Shown: positions 28,135-38,293, counted from the stretch's first letter. The stretch is 64,000 nt of DNA from Bacteroidia bacterium (GCA_965216465.1 CBDCFW010000002.1:1-64000); one strand, 5' to 3'. Numbers and translations are program-made. The notes: generated by a model from the sequence alone, not told the origin.

Positions 28135-30639
28135 ATGGAAACAATTACCTATTTAGGAGAACATCTCGCCATTGGAAACTGGGGAAATTTCTTCGTAATT
28201 CTGGCCTTCGTGTCAGCAATTTTAAGTGCAATCTTCTATCTGAGGTCATCAGACCAAGGTGCTGAAAAGAAACTAGGTAGAACATTCTTCATTATTCATA
28301 CCCTTGCGGTTATTGGAATATTCATAACACTGTTTCTAATAATTCAAAATCACTATTTTGAATACGCCTATGCCTATCAACATAGCAGTTTAAAGCTACC
28401 ATTGCGTTATATGGTCTCTTGTTTCTGGGAAGGCCAAGAAGGAAGTTTCTTGCTGTGGATCGTTTGGAATGCCTTACTCGGTGTAATCTTAATATTTACA
28501 GCCAAGAAATGGGAGCGTGGAGTTCTAGCCATAATGGCTCTTTCACAAATCATTTTGTGTGCCATGCTTCTTGGAGTGGATATTGTGGAAGGATACAAGC
28601 TAGGAAGCAATCCATTTGAGTTGCTAAGAGACAAGATGCCGGCACCCATATTTGAGCGGCCAGACTACTTAAGCAATATTGTTGATGGAACAGGACTTAA
28701 TCCGTTACTTCAAAATTATTGGATGGTAATTCATCCACCTACTTTGTTCTTAGGTTTTGCCTTGACGATTGTACCATTCGCGTTTGCAGTAACATCGCTG
28801 TTTAAAGGTGAACATAGAAGCTGGATTAAACCCGCACTTCCTTGGGCACTTTTAGGTGCTATGATCTTAGGAGCAGGTATCATTATGGGCGGCTTTTGGG
28901 CGTATGAATCATTGAGTTTCGGTGGATATTGGGCTTGGGATCCGGTAGAGAATGCCTCGCTCGTACCTTGGTTACTGTTAATAGCTGGAATACACTTGAT
29001 GCTTATTAAGAAGGTAACCAACAGCTCAACAATTGCATCATATACATTGGTGATCTCATCATTTATTATGGTGTTGTACGCTACGTTTTTAACACGAAGT
29101 GGAGTATTAGGAGAAACGTCAGTTCACTCTTTTACAGACCTTGGATTAGCAGGCCAACTCATGCAATTTGTTGTGATTTTTATTTGGTTGCCAATTTTGG
29201 CAGTAACTCCAAAGAAATACCGCTTATCGTTCAGCTTGGTCATTGGTCTTTTACTCATATTGCTGCCTAAGTTTGAGAAGCCGACATTCTATCCTTTGTT
29301 GGTTTTAACTTTGGTCGGAATTGGATGGTTTGTCCTTAATTTAAATAAGCAGCTCAAGAACAATGCAAGCGAAGATAATGTGTACGGTCGCGAGTTTTGG
29401 ATGTTTATCGGGTCTCTGATACTTGTACTCTCAGCTGTACAAGTAACCATTTCAACATCGCTGCCGGTGTTCAACAAAATTTTCACAACCAGCTTTGCTG
29501 CACCAGAAGATGTTGTTCAGCATTACAATAGATTTCAACTTCCAATAGCAATTGTAATTGCATCATTAATGGCGATTGCCCAATTCTTCAGGTATAAAGA
29601 CACACCCGATAGAAATAAACTTAGAAAAGAAATCCTAATTACCTTGCTAATTGCAGTGGTTTTAACCATAGGAGGTGTCTTACTTTTTGAGATTACCAAT
29701 GTGTTGTTAATTTCACTCATGCTAGCCGCTATTTATGCATTTGTTGCAAATGTTGCTTATTTAGTTCTCTATGTAAAAAGCCATATTAAGTTGTCTGGAG
29801 CTTCAATCGCTCATTTAGGCTTTGGAATGATGCTCCTAGGAGTTCTAGTTTCATCTGCAAAACAGCAAGTAATTACCGCAGACTTTGACGGACGCATGGG
29901 TAATTTCAATGAAGAAGCACGAAGAGAAAACATGCTCTTGCTAAAAGGTGAAACAACCAAGCTGCAAGATTACTTCGTTACCTATCTTGGCGATTCGGTT
30001 AGTGTTGATGACATTTATTTCAAGGTTCATTATAAGGCTATCGATGGCAGTGAAGAATTTACCCTTTATCCGAACACACAAATTAGTGCGGAGGATCAAT
30101 TAATGCCAAATCCGGATACTCGTCATTACCTGACTTACGATATATACACGCACATAACATCCCTCCCTAAACCGAGCGATAGTGTAGAGTGGAGCGAAGA
30201 GAAGTCGTACGAGGTAGTTCCAGGAGATTCAATTGAAACAACCAATGGAACAGTGTACTTTAAAGCAGTTGAAAAAGGAACAGGTGAGAGCATTGGTTTA
30301 AAAAATACAACCTTAGCCAAAGCAATGATAGAAGTTAAGCGAGGAACAACCACCGTCACTGCTGAACCCTTGTTTGGAATTAACCCCAACACTTATTTTA
30401 GCATTCCCGAGGATGTTCTGGAAGTAGGATTAAAGTTTATCTTTGAAGTGAAGGCGGATGAAGAAGGTATACCAAAAGCAATTTTGAAAATTGCTGAGAC
30501 AACCCCGCAACCAAAATTCATTGTGATGAAAGGGATAAAGTTTCCTTATATCAATTTCCTTTGGTTAGGTACAATCTTGATGGTAGTAGGCTTTGGAATT
30601 GCCACCTACAACAGATTAGAACTTAAACGTGCGGTATAA
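28135..30639 (+). CDS. ccmF: cytochrome c biogenesis heme lyase CcmF
   Basis: FWEGQEGSFLLW, GLNPLLQNYWMVIHPP, WAYESLSFGGYWAWDPVENASLVPW, FLTRSG....SVHSF. Confidence 0.95.
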   Translation: METITYLGEHLAIGNWGNFFVILAFVSAILSAIFYLRSSDQGAEKKLGRTFFIIHTLAVIGIFITLFLIIQNHYFEYAYAYQHSSLKLPLRYMVSCFWEGQEGSFLLWIVWNALLGVILIFTAKKWERGVLAIMALSQIILCAMLLGVDIVEGYKLGSNPFELLRDKMPAPIFERPDYLSNIVDGTGLNPLLQNYWMVIHPPTLFLGFALTIVPFAFAVTSLFKGEHRSWIKPALPWALLGAMILGAGIIMGGFWAYESLSFGGYWAWDPVENASLVPWLLLIAGIHLMLIKKVTNSSTIASYTLVISSFIMVLYATFLTRSGVLGETSVHSFTDLGLAGQLMQFVVIFIWLPILAVTPKKYRLSFSLVIGLLLILLPKFEKPTFYPLLVLTLVGIGWFVLNLNKQLKNNASEDNVYGREFWMFIGSLILVLSAVQVTISTSLPVFNKIFTTSFAAPEDVVQHYNRFQLPIAIVIASLMAIAQFFRYKDTPDRNKLRKEILITLLIAVVLTIGGVLLFEITNVLLISLMLAAIYAFVANVAYLVLYVKSHIKLSGASIAHLGFGMMLLGVLVSSAKQQVITADFDGRMGNFNEEARRENMLLLKGETTKLQDYFVTYLGDSVSVDDIYFKVHYKAIDGSEEFTLYPNTQISAEDQLMPNPDTRHYLTYDIYTHITSLPKPSDSVEWSEEKSYEVVPGDSIETTNGTVYFKAVEKGTGESIGLKNTTLAKAMIEVKRGTTTVTAEPLFGINPNTYFSIPEDVLEVGLKFIFEVKADEEGIPKAILKIAETTPQPKFIVMKGIKFPYINFLWLGTILMVVGFGIATYNRLELKRAV

Positions 30640-31396
30640 GATTTCATTTATTGGAAGCGGTAATGTAGCCACAAACTTGGCCATAGCCTTCGATAAGGCT
30701 GGACATACCATAAACCTAGTTGTTAGTCTAAATCTAGAAAACGCTAAATCGCTAGCTTCAAAGTTTGGGGCGTACTATGGGTCATCGTTAAGCGAGTTGT
30801 ATAACGACTCCGATTTTATTCTAATTTGCGTAAACGACGAATCTTATAAGGGAATAATCGAATCGTTGCCTTTGGGAATCAAGTCTATCATTTGTCACAC
30901 AGCGGGTCCTGTAAATATGGATGTTCTCAGCGAATATGGTTCCGATTATGGAGTTATTTATCCGTTGCAATCGCTGACTAAAGCTAAAGTGAAAAATATG
31001 CTTGAAGTTCCATTGTTCTTAGAATGGAGTTCGCCTTCGGCCAAAGCGAGGATTATGGATCTTGCAGATTCTATCTCAAACAAAATTCAGGAAGTGAATT
31101 CTGAAGAACGGATGAAATACCATTTGGCTGCTGTGTTTGCGAACAATTTTACGAATCTGATGTATTCGATTGCCGATGATTATTTGGAAAAAGAAGGGCT
31201 TAATTTTAAGTTTTTGTTACCAATTATTCAAGAAACGGCAAGTAGATTAAATCAACACAAACCTAAGGAATTACAGACGGGTCCAGCGAAAAGAGGTGAT
31301 TTACTGGTGATTAAAAAACATATGGACATGTTATCAGATGAGAAGCTGCAAATGTTATATCAAAATATGACAGATTTCATCATGACAGAATTGTGA
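30629..31396 (+). CDS. Rossmann-like/DUF2520 oxidoreductase (PanG-like ketopantoate reductase)
   Basis: IGSGNVA, HTAG, YPLQSL, YHLAAVFANNFTN, QTGPAKRGD. GTG start overlapping the end of ccmF. Confidence 0.85.
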   Translation: MRYKISFIGSGNVATNLAIAFDKAGHTINLVVSLNLENAKSLASKFGAYYGSSLSELYNDSDFILICVNDESYKGIIESLPLGIKSIICHTAGPVNMDVLSEYGSDYGVIYPLQSLTKAKVKNMLEVPLFLEWSSPSAKARIMDLADSISNKIQEVNSEERMKYHLAAVFANNFTNLMYSIADDYLEKEGLNFKFLLPIIQETASRLNQHKPKELQTGPAKRGDLLVIKKHMDMLSDEKLQMLYQNMTDFIMTEL

Positions 31397-31438
31397 CAAA
31401 TTGGTTTTTTCCTCTTATCTTAGTAGACCATTTAAGGT

Positions 31439-31579
31439 ATGAATAAGGAAAGTATTAATTTTAGTCATAAGTATTATAACATTTTTTCAATCTGTCAAGA
31501 GTTCAGACAACGTGTTAAAGAGTTGCAGCGTCTAAGAAAACAAGATAACAGGAAAAAAGACGTTATAAATAAGAAATGA
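31439..31579 (+). CDS. possible 46-aa small basic protein
   Basis: ATG..TGA ORF MNKESINFSHKYYNIFSICQEFRQRVKELQRLRKQDNRKKDVINKK; its stop overlaps the ATG of 31576 (ATGA). Confidence 0.3.
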   Translation: MNKESINFSHKYYNIFSICQEFRQRVKELQRLRKQDNRKKDVINKK

Positions 31580-31989
31580 AAAGATTCCTCGGAATGATTA
31601 TTGCCCTTTCGGCTGTGGTTTTTAGCTATGCTCAGGTAACCGAAATCAACCCCAATATCGATTGGAAGTATGTTAAGTCTCAAGATTTAGACTTAAAAAA
31701 GGGTAGTTCATATCAATACGAATTTGCTGCTGAAAAAGGATACGATTATGTATTTAGTATGTCTTTCTCAGAAGTGGATCTCATCACATCATTACGCGTT
31801 TTAGATCTACAGAAGAAACCGATTGCAGAAAAAGTAGATTCTTCATCAAGTGCAACTTCAAGCATGACATTTAGAGTGCCAGATAATGCCACATACGTGG
31901 TTGTTCTTGGATACGATAGTAAAAATGAAGGTCAAGATGAAGAGCTAACTACTCAATTCACCTTAATTAGAAGACCTCGTGTAAATTAA
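31576..31989 (+). CDS. hypothetical secreted beta-sandwich protein
   Basis: Signal peptide (SYA-Q); pattern resembling a pre-peptidase C-terminal (PPC) domain, F.VP..ATY.V.L. Confidence 0.65.
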   Translation: MKRFLGMIIALSAVVFSYAQVTEINPNIDWKYVKSQDLDLKKGSSYQYEFAAEKGYDYVFSMSFSEVDLITSLRVLDLQKKPIAEKVDSSSSATSSMTFRVPDNATYVVVLGYDSKNEGQDEELTTQFTLIRRPRVN

Positions 31990-32750
31990 AGCCAGTGGTG
32001 AAACGTATCACCTCTTAACCCTAGCCTCAATGTTTCAAGCGGAATCAATTCGTTAGGAGCAATATTTCCTAAGTTAACATTGTGACCATATAGCTTCATA
32101 AACCATACTTGTTGAACTTTCTTAGGAGCCTCCCATAAAATTGTTTCTTGAGGGATTTTTGTTAAAATCTCTTCTACAAGACCTGAACGCACTTCACCTG
32201 AATTTCTGAAAATTCCAACGGTTCCTGATTCTCGAGCTTCGGCAATCACCTTCCAAACACCAGCGTCAATTTCAGCTTGCATCATCGCAATCCATTTGTA
32301 TGGCGGAATAATTTTTTCGGCATCTTTTGATCCTACCTCACTCAATACCGTAAAGTTTTTAGCAAGGGCACGGATGTAACCACATTTCTCTTCTTCCGAT
32401 ATTTCGATAGATCCATCTGAAACTTCACAGTGTGTAATGTTGAATTTGTCTAGTAAACGTTGGTAGTCGTCAAATTGACCCCGAATTACATAAGCTTCGA
32501 ATAGCGTACCTCCAAAGTAAACAGGTATGTTTTCGTCGTGATACATCTTAATTTTTTCAGCTAAGCGAGGCGTTACAGCACTGGTTCCAAAGCCGAGTTT
32601 AATAATGTCAGCATACTCAGAAGAGCTATCGAGAAAATTTTCTACTTCATTGATGCTTAAACCTTTATCCATAACCATGGTCAGGCCACTTTCACGTGGC
32701 TTGCTGGTACGTTGAGGTAAATTCTTTAAATTGAATTCCGGATTAATCAT
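31986..32750 (-). CDS. comA: phosphosulfolactate synthase (ComA family)
   Basis: KPRESGLTMVMDKGL, KLGFGT, GGTLFE, EVSDG, SEVGSK, EARESG, WEAP, NVNLGNI, LETLRLGLRGDT. Confidence 0.92.
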   Translation of the reverse strand: MINPEFNLKNLPQRTSKPRESGLTMVMDKGLSINEVENFLDSSSEYADIIKLGFGTSAVTPRLAEKIKMYHDENIPVYFGGTLFEAYVIRGQFDDYQRLLDKFNITHCEVSDGSIEISEEEKCGYIRALAKNFTVLSEVGSKDAEKIIPPYKWIAMMQAEIDAGVWKVIAEARESGTVGIFRNSGEVRSGLVEEILTKIPQETILWEAPKKVQQVWFMKLYGHNVNLGNIAPNELIPLETLRLGLRGDTFHHWL

Positions 32751-34152
32751 TGGTTTTATGAATGTACAAATCTATGATATTTGTTACATTTTCTATGTTT
32801 TCAACGAAAGGAGAATACTCATAAACTAAAAAATATTCATCTGGTTTGGTTTGCAACGCTGCATGAAGGTAATTGTAACCATTTTCATATTGTCCTAAAC
32901 AAAAATAATAAGACGCTATTCGGTACAGAATGCGATGGTCTTCAGCGATGGTCTCAAAGTGATTTTGAAGTAGCTTAATCGCTTCTTCTATTTCTTCGAA
33001 TCCGAAGTTTGCATGTGCAAAATCCAAAACAATTTCGGGAGTGTTTGGGTCTATTTCGTAGGCTTGTTGATAGTGAAACAGACATCTTTCTCGTTTCTCT
33101 TGAAGCAAGTAGAGTTCTGCTATCTCTATGTGGTAAATACTTTCAAAACTATCAATGTCGATAGCCTTAAGCAGGTTTTTCTCGGCGTCTCTTAACTTGT
33201 CTTGTTTCTTGTAGATCATCGCAATTCCGAAATAGGCATCAGACAGGTGCTTATCCATCTTAATTGCACGCAGGTAGTAGTACTTAGCTGAGCTATAATT
33301 TTCTAATTGCTCATAGCATTCTGCAATATTGCATAGTACCTCGGCATCGCTTTCATCATTGTCTAAAGAAAGCTTGAACGAATCAATAGCTTCATTGTAC
33401 TCTTTGAGCTCCATTAAACTATTTCCCCGCCCTAAGTGCCCCATAGTGTTGCTGTCGTCAATCGCAATGCAAAACTCAAAGGCATCTATTGCTGCCTTGT
33501 AATCTTCCGATTTTTGAAGTGTTAAACCTTTAAAATACCATGCGGCATAATTGTATGGATCTTCATCAATGACCTTAGTTAAAAATTCTATAGCTTTATC
33601 TAACTGAGAAAAGTCAAAAAAGAGCTTTACAAACTCTTGTAACGAAAACTCATCGTATGTGAAATCATCGGGCAAGGCATTGAGGTAATTCATAGCCTTG
33701 TTTGGCTTATCAATGATGAAATGTATTCTCGCTAATCTGAGCAAGATTTCATCATGATCGTACGCCTGGTTTAAAGCAAAAAGATAGCAGTCAATTGCTT
33801 TTTTGTGCTGCATAATAATTGCATAACTGTCGCCTAGCACTTTTGCAATTTCAGGGTTGTTAGGCTCCACAGAACGGGCCGATTCTAAAATTTTAATGGC
33901 TGATTTAACCTCTTTTCTAGCTATGAGAACTTCAGCACGTTTTATTTGATAAAACAACTCATAAGGATATATCGATACGCCATAATCAATGGCGTTAGAT
34001 GCCTTATTTAGTTGATCAAAATCAAGGTAGAACTCAATGATTTCTTCGAGCTCATCGGTGTCATAAAAAAAGCTTTCCCCACTATTCAACAGCTGTTCAA
34101 ATTTCTTCGCTTTTTCGTTTATTCCGTCGTTAAAAAATTGATGACTGTCCAT
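32743..34152 (-). CDS. tetratricopeptide repeat protein
   Basis: Multiple TPR units (AWYFKG, GHLGRGNSL, AYFGIA..Y); overlaps the comA start. Confidence 0.9.
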   Translation of the reverse strand: MDSHQFFNDGINEKAKKFEQLLNSGESFFYDTDELEEIIEFYLDFDQLNKASNAIDYGVSIYPYELFYQIKRAEVLIARKEVKSAIKILESARSVEPNNPEIAKVLGDSYAIIMQHKKAIDCYLFALNQAYDHDEILLRLARIHFIIDKPNKAMNYLNALPDDFTYDEFSLQEFVKLFFDFSQLDKAIEFLTKVIDEDPYNYAAWYFKGLTLQKSEDYKAAIDAFEFCIAIDDSNTMGHLGRGNSLMELKEYNEAIDSFKLSLDNDESDAEVLCNIAECYEQLENYSSAKYYYLRAIKMDKHLSDAYFGIAMIYKKQDKLRDAEKNLLKAIDIDSFESIYHIEIAELYLLQEKRERCLFHYQQAYEIDPNTPEIVLDFAHANFGFEEIEEAIKLLQNHFETIAEDHRILYRIASYYFCLGQYENGYNYLHAALQTKPDEYFLVYEYSPFVENIENVTNIIDLYIHKTND

Positions 34153-34250
34153 TTAATTTTTGCTTTCCATTCAAAGCTATCAATTTGTTGATTATAAATT
34201 ATTTCAAACTCACCGTGAAACCGTTATTTTGCCCACATATTATCTTCAAA

Positions 34251-37200
34251 ATGAGATTTATAACACTTTTTTTATCCCTGATTTTTCTTGTTAACCTTGG
34301 TTTTTCACAGATTAAGAATCAGGTTGATTGGCAACAGCAAGTAGACTATATGATCGACGTTACATTAGACGATCAGTCACATTTCCTTAACGGTGAGATT
34401 GCAATTAATTATACCAATAACAGTCCAGATGAATTAAAGTTTATCTACTTTCACATTTGGCCGAATGCCTACAAAAACAATCAAACTGCATTTGCTCAAC
34501 AGATGCAGCAGAACGGTGAGTTAGACTTCTATTATAGTTCAGAAGAAGAACGGGGCTATTTAGATAGCCTTAGCTTTTCAAGCAATGGTGAATCGTTGAA
34601 AATAGAGGAAACCGATAATATCGATGTTTTAAAGGTTGTGCTTAATTCTCCTTTAAAACCAGGTGAAAAGACTACCTTGTTTACGCCGTTCAGGGTTAAA
34701 ATACCGAAAGTGTTTTCGCGATTGGGACATGAAGATCAAGACTACTTTATTACCCAGTGGTATCCAAAACCTGCGGTATATGACGTGAACGGTTGGAACC
34801 CTATGCCATACCTGAATTTGGGAGAGTTTTATTCTGAGTTCGGTTCATTTAAGGTAAGTGTGACACTTCCTGCTAATTATGTAATAGCCGCAACAGGTGA
34901 ATGTGAAACTGCTGGTGAGCTAGAAGGAGACTTTAGAGAAGGAACACGAGATTCTGTACCACTAAGCTCTGACGAAATGAAAACCGTGATCTTTTCGGCT
35001 GACAAAGTGCATGACTTTGCGTGGTTTGCTTCAAAGCGGTTTGGCTATGTTTCAAAAGAGGTGAAAGTTGGAGATAAAAAAATAATTGCGAGAATCGTGT
35101 CTCCCAAAAAAGCAGAGAAGTACCTGTCGGCAGTTGAAACGGCTATTACCTACTATTCTGAGCACGTTGGTCCTTACCCTTATTCTCATGCAACCGTAGT
35201 GCATGGAGAACTTAAAGCCGGTGGAGGAATGGAGTATCCAATGATTACGCTATGTGACTTTCTTAACGATGAGGTTATTGTGCATGAAGTGGGACATAAC
35301 TGGTTCTATGGAATTTTAGCATCAAACGAAAGAGTTTATCCTTGGATGGACGAATCAATAAATAGCTTTTATGATCATGCTGCGTTAGGTGCAGAAAGTA
35401 AGTTGCTTAGTAATGATGGAATAATGCGTTTAATCGTAAAAGACAATTTGCTACGCAATGAGCACCAAGCTGTAGGGCTTCATTCTGAGAAATATACTTC
35501 GATGAATTATGGAGCAAGTGTATATGGTGAAGGTGCAGCTATCTTTAAGCATTTGGAGGCATACCTCGGAGAAGAACGCTATAAAAAATGCATGCAGAAC
35601 TATTACGAAGAGTGGAAATTCAGACATCCACTTCCAGACGACATGAAGGCTTCGTTTGAAAAAACAAGTTCTCGTGATTTGTCTTGGTTCTTTGATGTGC
35701 TAATTAATACTGATCAAAAGTTAGATTATGCCATCAAGCTTAAAAAAGACTCCATTTTCTTGGAGAATAAAGGTGGGGTAGAAGTGCCTATGCCAGTAAC
35801 GACATTTAAGAATAATCAGCCTACTACACATTGGGTAAGTGTGCCATCTGGGGAAATGCGATTCGTTGCATTAAATGATGATTACGACCGAATAGTATTG
35901 GATAAAGACCAAGTAACGTCTGATTTGTTTGTAAATAACAACCAGGAGCCTAAAGGAATTGAGCTGAAACTCGGAACAGGTCAAGATAAGAAAGGAATTA
36001 AAGAGTTGTATGTGTATCCACAATATGCCTGGAATGCATATGATAAGTCAATGTTAGGATTCTCCTTTCATAATCAGTCAATAACGAATAAGCCCTTGGC
36101 TTGGCATATATCGCCACTCTATTCATTCAACAAAAAGTCTGTAAACGGAACAGCTGAGCTAAAGTATACAATGTCTTTAGATAGCACAGCCGAGTATATA
36201 GAGTTTGGTGCCATGGCAAGGTCGTTTAATTTCATTGAAAGACATTTAGTCGATCAAGATTACAAGTACTTAAAAGTAGCACCATACATATCTTATCACT
36301 TTCCGAAATCATCACAACGAAGTCCTTTAAGCAAAGAGCTGAGGTTGCAGTACGATCAAATTTGGTTGCAACCTTCTTTCGAGTTAAACGACGATACCTT
36401 AACAGGACCCCAAACATTTAGAAGTAAGGCTAGAAACTTTGCAACGCTAACCTATAAATTAAAAAATGAACGAGCCATCAATCCATATTCTTTGGAGCTT
36501 ATGGCTGAATATGGTGGAATAACAAACCGCGTCGTGCTAGGCGATCTCAACGATAGACGCATTCGAAATATCTATTTAGATACAACCACCAATGAGGCTG
36601 ATACGGTTTATTATTTCCCGAATATTGGCGAAGAAGATGACTTCGACGACTTCATTAAGCTAAGTGCAATTTGGAAGTACAACGTCGATATAGGTATTAA
36701 AGAAAAACCGCTAGAGTTGAGAATATTTGGTAGCTACTTGATTAAGAGCATTCAAAATACGACCTACAAAAACTCGGTAGGAAGTACAGATCGAGCAGGA
36801 TACTACGACTACCGTTTCGATGACTATTTAATGCACCGTAATGCTGATTATGGGCTGTTCCAAAATCAAATTTCAAATAGAAGAGACTTTTCGAAGTTTG
36901 TTGGTCCGATCGCTAGTGCAGACAAATGGTTAATCTCAGCAAACGTTACCGTTCCATTGCCTGGTAAAATTCCATTGAAACCTTATTTCGAGATTTTGAC
37001 ATTTAATGACATTAGGGATCCTACAGTGGTTTCGTATAATCCCAATGGAGTAGGTTTCTTTTACAATGTTGGACTCGAGTTTGAGGTGAAAAAAGATCGT
37101 TTTGAAATCTTTATTAATCTTGCTCAAAGTGAAGAGATAACTAACTTCCAAGAGTCTAGTTATATTCAAATTGATAAATTCTGGGAGCGTATAACATTTG

Positions 37201-37259
37201 TGTTTGACCTTAATGGAATGTCAATCCCTAACTTCAAAAAGAGAAATTTGAAATTCTAA
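34251..37259 (+). CDS. M1-family zinc aminopeptidase with large C-terminal beta-rich domain
   Basis: WQQ.VDY.I.V.LD, GGMEYP, HEVGHNWF...WMDE. Signal peptide begins at ATG 34251. Confidence 0.9.
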   Translation: MRFITLFLSLIFLVNLGFSQIKNQVDWQQQVDYMIDVTLDDQSHFLNGEIAINYTNNSPDELKFIYFHIWPNAYKNNQTAFAQQMQQNGELDFYYSSEEERGYLDSLSFSSNGESLKIEETDNIDVLKVVLNSPLKPGEKTTLFTPFRVKIPKVFSRLGHEDQDYFITQWYPKPAVYDVNGWNPMPYLNLGEFYSEFGSFKVSVTLPANYVIAATGECETAGELEGDFREGTRDSVPLSSDEMKTVIFSADKVHDFAWFASKRFGYVSKEVKVGDKKIIARIVSPKKAEKYLSAVETAITYYSEHVGPYPYSHATVVHGELKAGGGMEYPMITLCDFLNDEVIVHEVGHNWFYGILASNERVYPWMDESINSFYDHAALGAESKLLSNDGIMRLIVKDNLLRNEHQAVGLHSEKYTSMNYGASVYGEGAAIFKHLEAYLGEERYKKCMQNYYEEWKFRHPLPDDMKASFEKTSSRDLSWFFDVLINTDQKLDYAIKLKKDSIFLENKGGVEVPMPVTTFKNNQPTTHWVSVPSGEMRFVALNDDYDRIVLDKDQVTSDLFVNNNQEPKGIELKLGTGQDKKGIKELYVYPQYAWNAYDKSMLGFSFHNQSITNKPLAWHISPLYSFNKKSVNGTAELKYTMSLDSTAEYIEFGAMARSFNFIERHLVDQDYKYLKVAPYISYHFPKSSQRSPLSKELRLQYDQIWLQPSFELNDDTLTGPQTFRSKARNFATLTYKLKNERAINPYSLELMAEYGGITNRVVLGDLNDRRIRNIYLDTTTNEADTVYYFPNIGEEDDFDDFIKLSAIWKYNVDIGIKEKPLELRIFGSYLIKSIQNTTYKNSVGSTDRAGYYDYRFDDYLMHRNADYGLFQNQISNRRDFSKFVGPIASADKWLISANVTVPLPGKIPLKPYFEILTFNDIRDPTVVSYNPNGVGFFYNVGLEFEVKKDRFEIFINLAQSEEITNFQESSYIQIDKFWERITFVFDLNGMSIPNFKKRNLKF

Positions 37260-37942
37260 ATAAGCTCGCCTTCGTCGGCAAATGAGTAATAACCATGTTG
37301 GGTTATGATTAGATGATCAAGCACATTAATGTCGAGGTGCTGTCCCGCTTTTTGAATTTTGTGTGTAAGATGGGTGTCGGCATTGCTCGGATTTCGATTT
37401 CCTGACGGGTGGTTGTGGCAAAGAATTATTGATGTTGCATGATTTTCTAATGCCAGCTTAAATATACGTTTTGGGTCTGCTACTGTACCGGTTATACCTC
37501 CTTCACTTACCTTGCAACATTGAATGATTCTGTTATTCCGCTTGAGGAGAATGATCCAGAATTCTTCGTATACTTTGTTCTTTACCAAAGGCGACAGAGT
37601 ATCATAAGCATCTTGGCTGGTACGAATTACACGTTGATTAACCCCTGATGTGTTTTTGCGCCCTCCAAGTTCAAGTGCTGCAATTACGGTTACGGCTTTT
37701 ACCTTTCCCATACCCGTTATTTTGCACAGGTCGGCAACAGATTTCTGAGCCAATTGGTGAAGATCATTATTGCATTCATTTAAGATTTCACGTGCTAAGG
37801 AAACTGCTGATTTGTTCTGGCTTCCGGTTCGTAAAAGTATTGCTAGGAGTTCTGCATTGCTCATCGCTTGCTGACCAATTGCCACTAATCTATCGCGCGG
37901 TTGGTCGTCTTTTGCCCAGTATTTTATTTGGTCTTGCTTCAA
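37256..37942 (-). CDS. radC: RadC-family JAB domain protein
   Basis: PRDRL...G...SNAELLAILL, HhH motif, HNHPSGN..PS.AD, LDHLII. TTG start. Confidence 0.93.
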   Translation of the reverse strand: MKQDQIKYWAKDDQPRDRLVAIGQQAMSNAELLAILLRTGSQNKSAVSLAREILNECNNDLHQLAQKSVADLCKITGMGKVKAVTVIAALELGGRKNTSGVNQRVIRTSQDAYDTLSPLVKNKVYEEFWIILLKRNNRIIQCCKVSEGGITGTVADPKRIFKLALENHATSIILCHNHPSGNRNPSNADTHLTHKIQKAGQHLDINVLDHLIITQHGYYSFADEGELI

Positions 37943-37954
37943 AGTAGTCTAACG

Positions 37955-37987
37955 AAAAAAGCCCAGACCTTAAGGGGTCTGGGCTTT
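37955..37987 (-). terminator. intrinsic terminator of rpsT
   Basis: AAAGCCCAGACC-N6-GGTCTGGGCTTT hairpin with a U6 tail on the minus strand. Confidence 0.85.
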
Positions 37988-38008
37988 AAATTTATATTTT
38001 GCTTAGGC

Positions 38009-38263
38009 TTAGCCTAAAGAATTTACGTGTTTAGCAAGCTTGCTTTTTACGTTAGCAGCTTTGTTTTTGTGGATGATGTTGTTCTTAACAAGTTTATCCA
38101 ACTTAGAGAATGTTTCTTTCATTACCTTCTCTGCTTCGCTTTTGTCTTCTGAAAGTCTAACTTTCTTGATCCAAGTTCTAGCAGTCTTGTGCTGGTACCT
38201 ATTACGAGCTGTTTTGGCCTCGTTACTTCTAATTCTCTTTAGTGTACTTTTATGATTTGCCAT
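38009..38263 (-). CDS. rpsT: 30S ribosomal protein S20
   Basis: MANHKS..KRIR...IIHKNKAAN.KSKL. Confidence 0.97.
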   Translation of the reverse strand: MANHKSTLKRIRSNEAKTARNRYQHKTARTWIKKVRLSEDKSEAEKVMKETFSKLDKLVKNNIIHKNKAANVKSKLAKHVNSLG

Positions 38264-38285
38264 TTCTTTCTTTCAAAAAGGGTTG

Positions 38286-38293
38286 CAAAGGTA
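38286..38293 (-). promoter_or_regulatory. -7 promoter box (TACCTTTG) of rpsT
   Basis: Exact TAnnTTTG on the minus strand, 22 nt upstream of the ATG. Confidence 0.7.

Noticed and set aside
37256-37942. radC as a marker of a mobile element
   Set aside because: This is the full-length chromosomal type with an HhH region beside rpsT. No integrase, transposase or att-like repeats are nearby.
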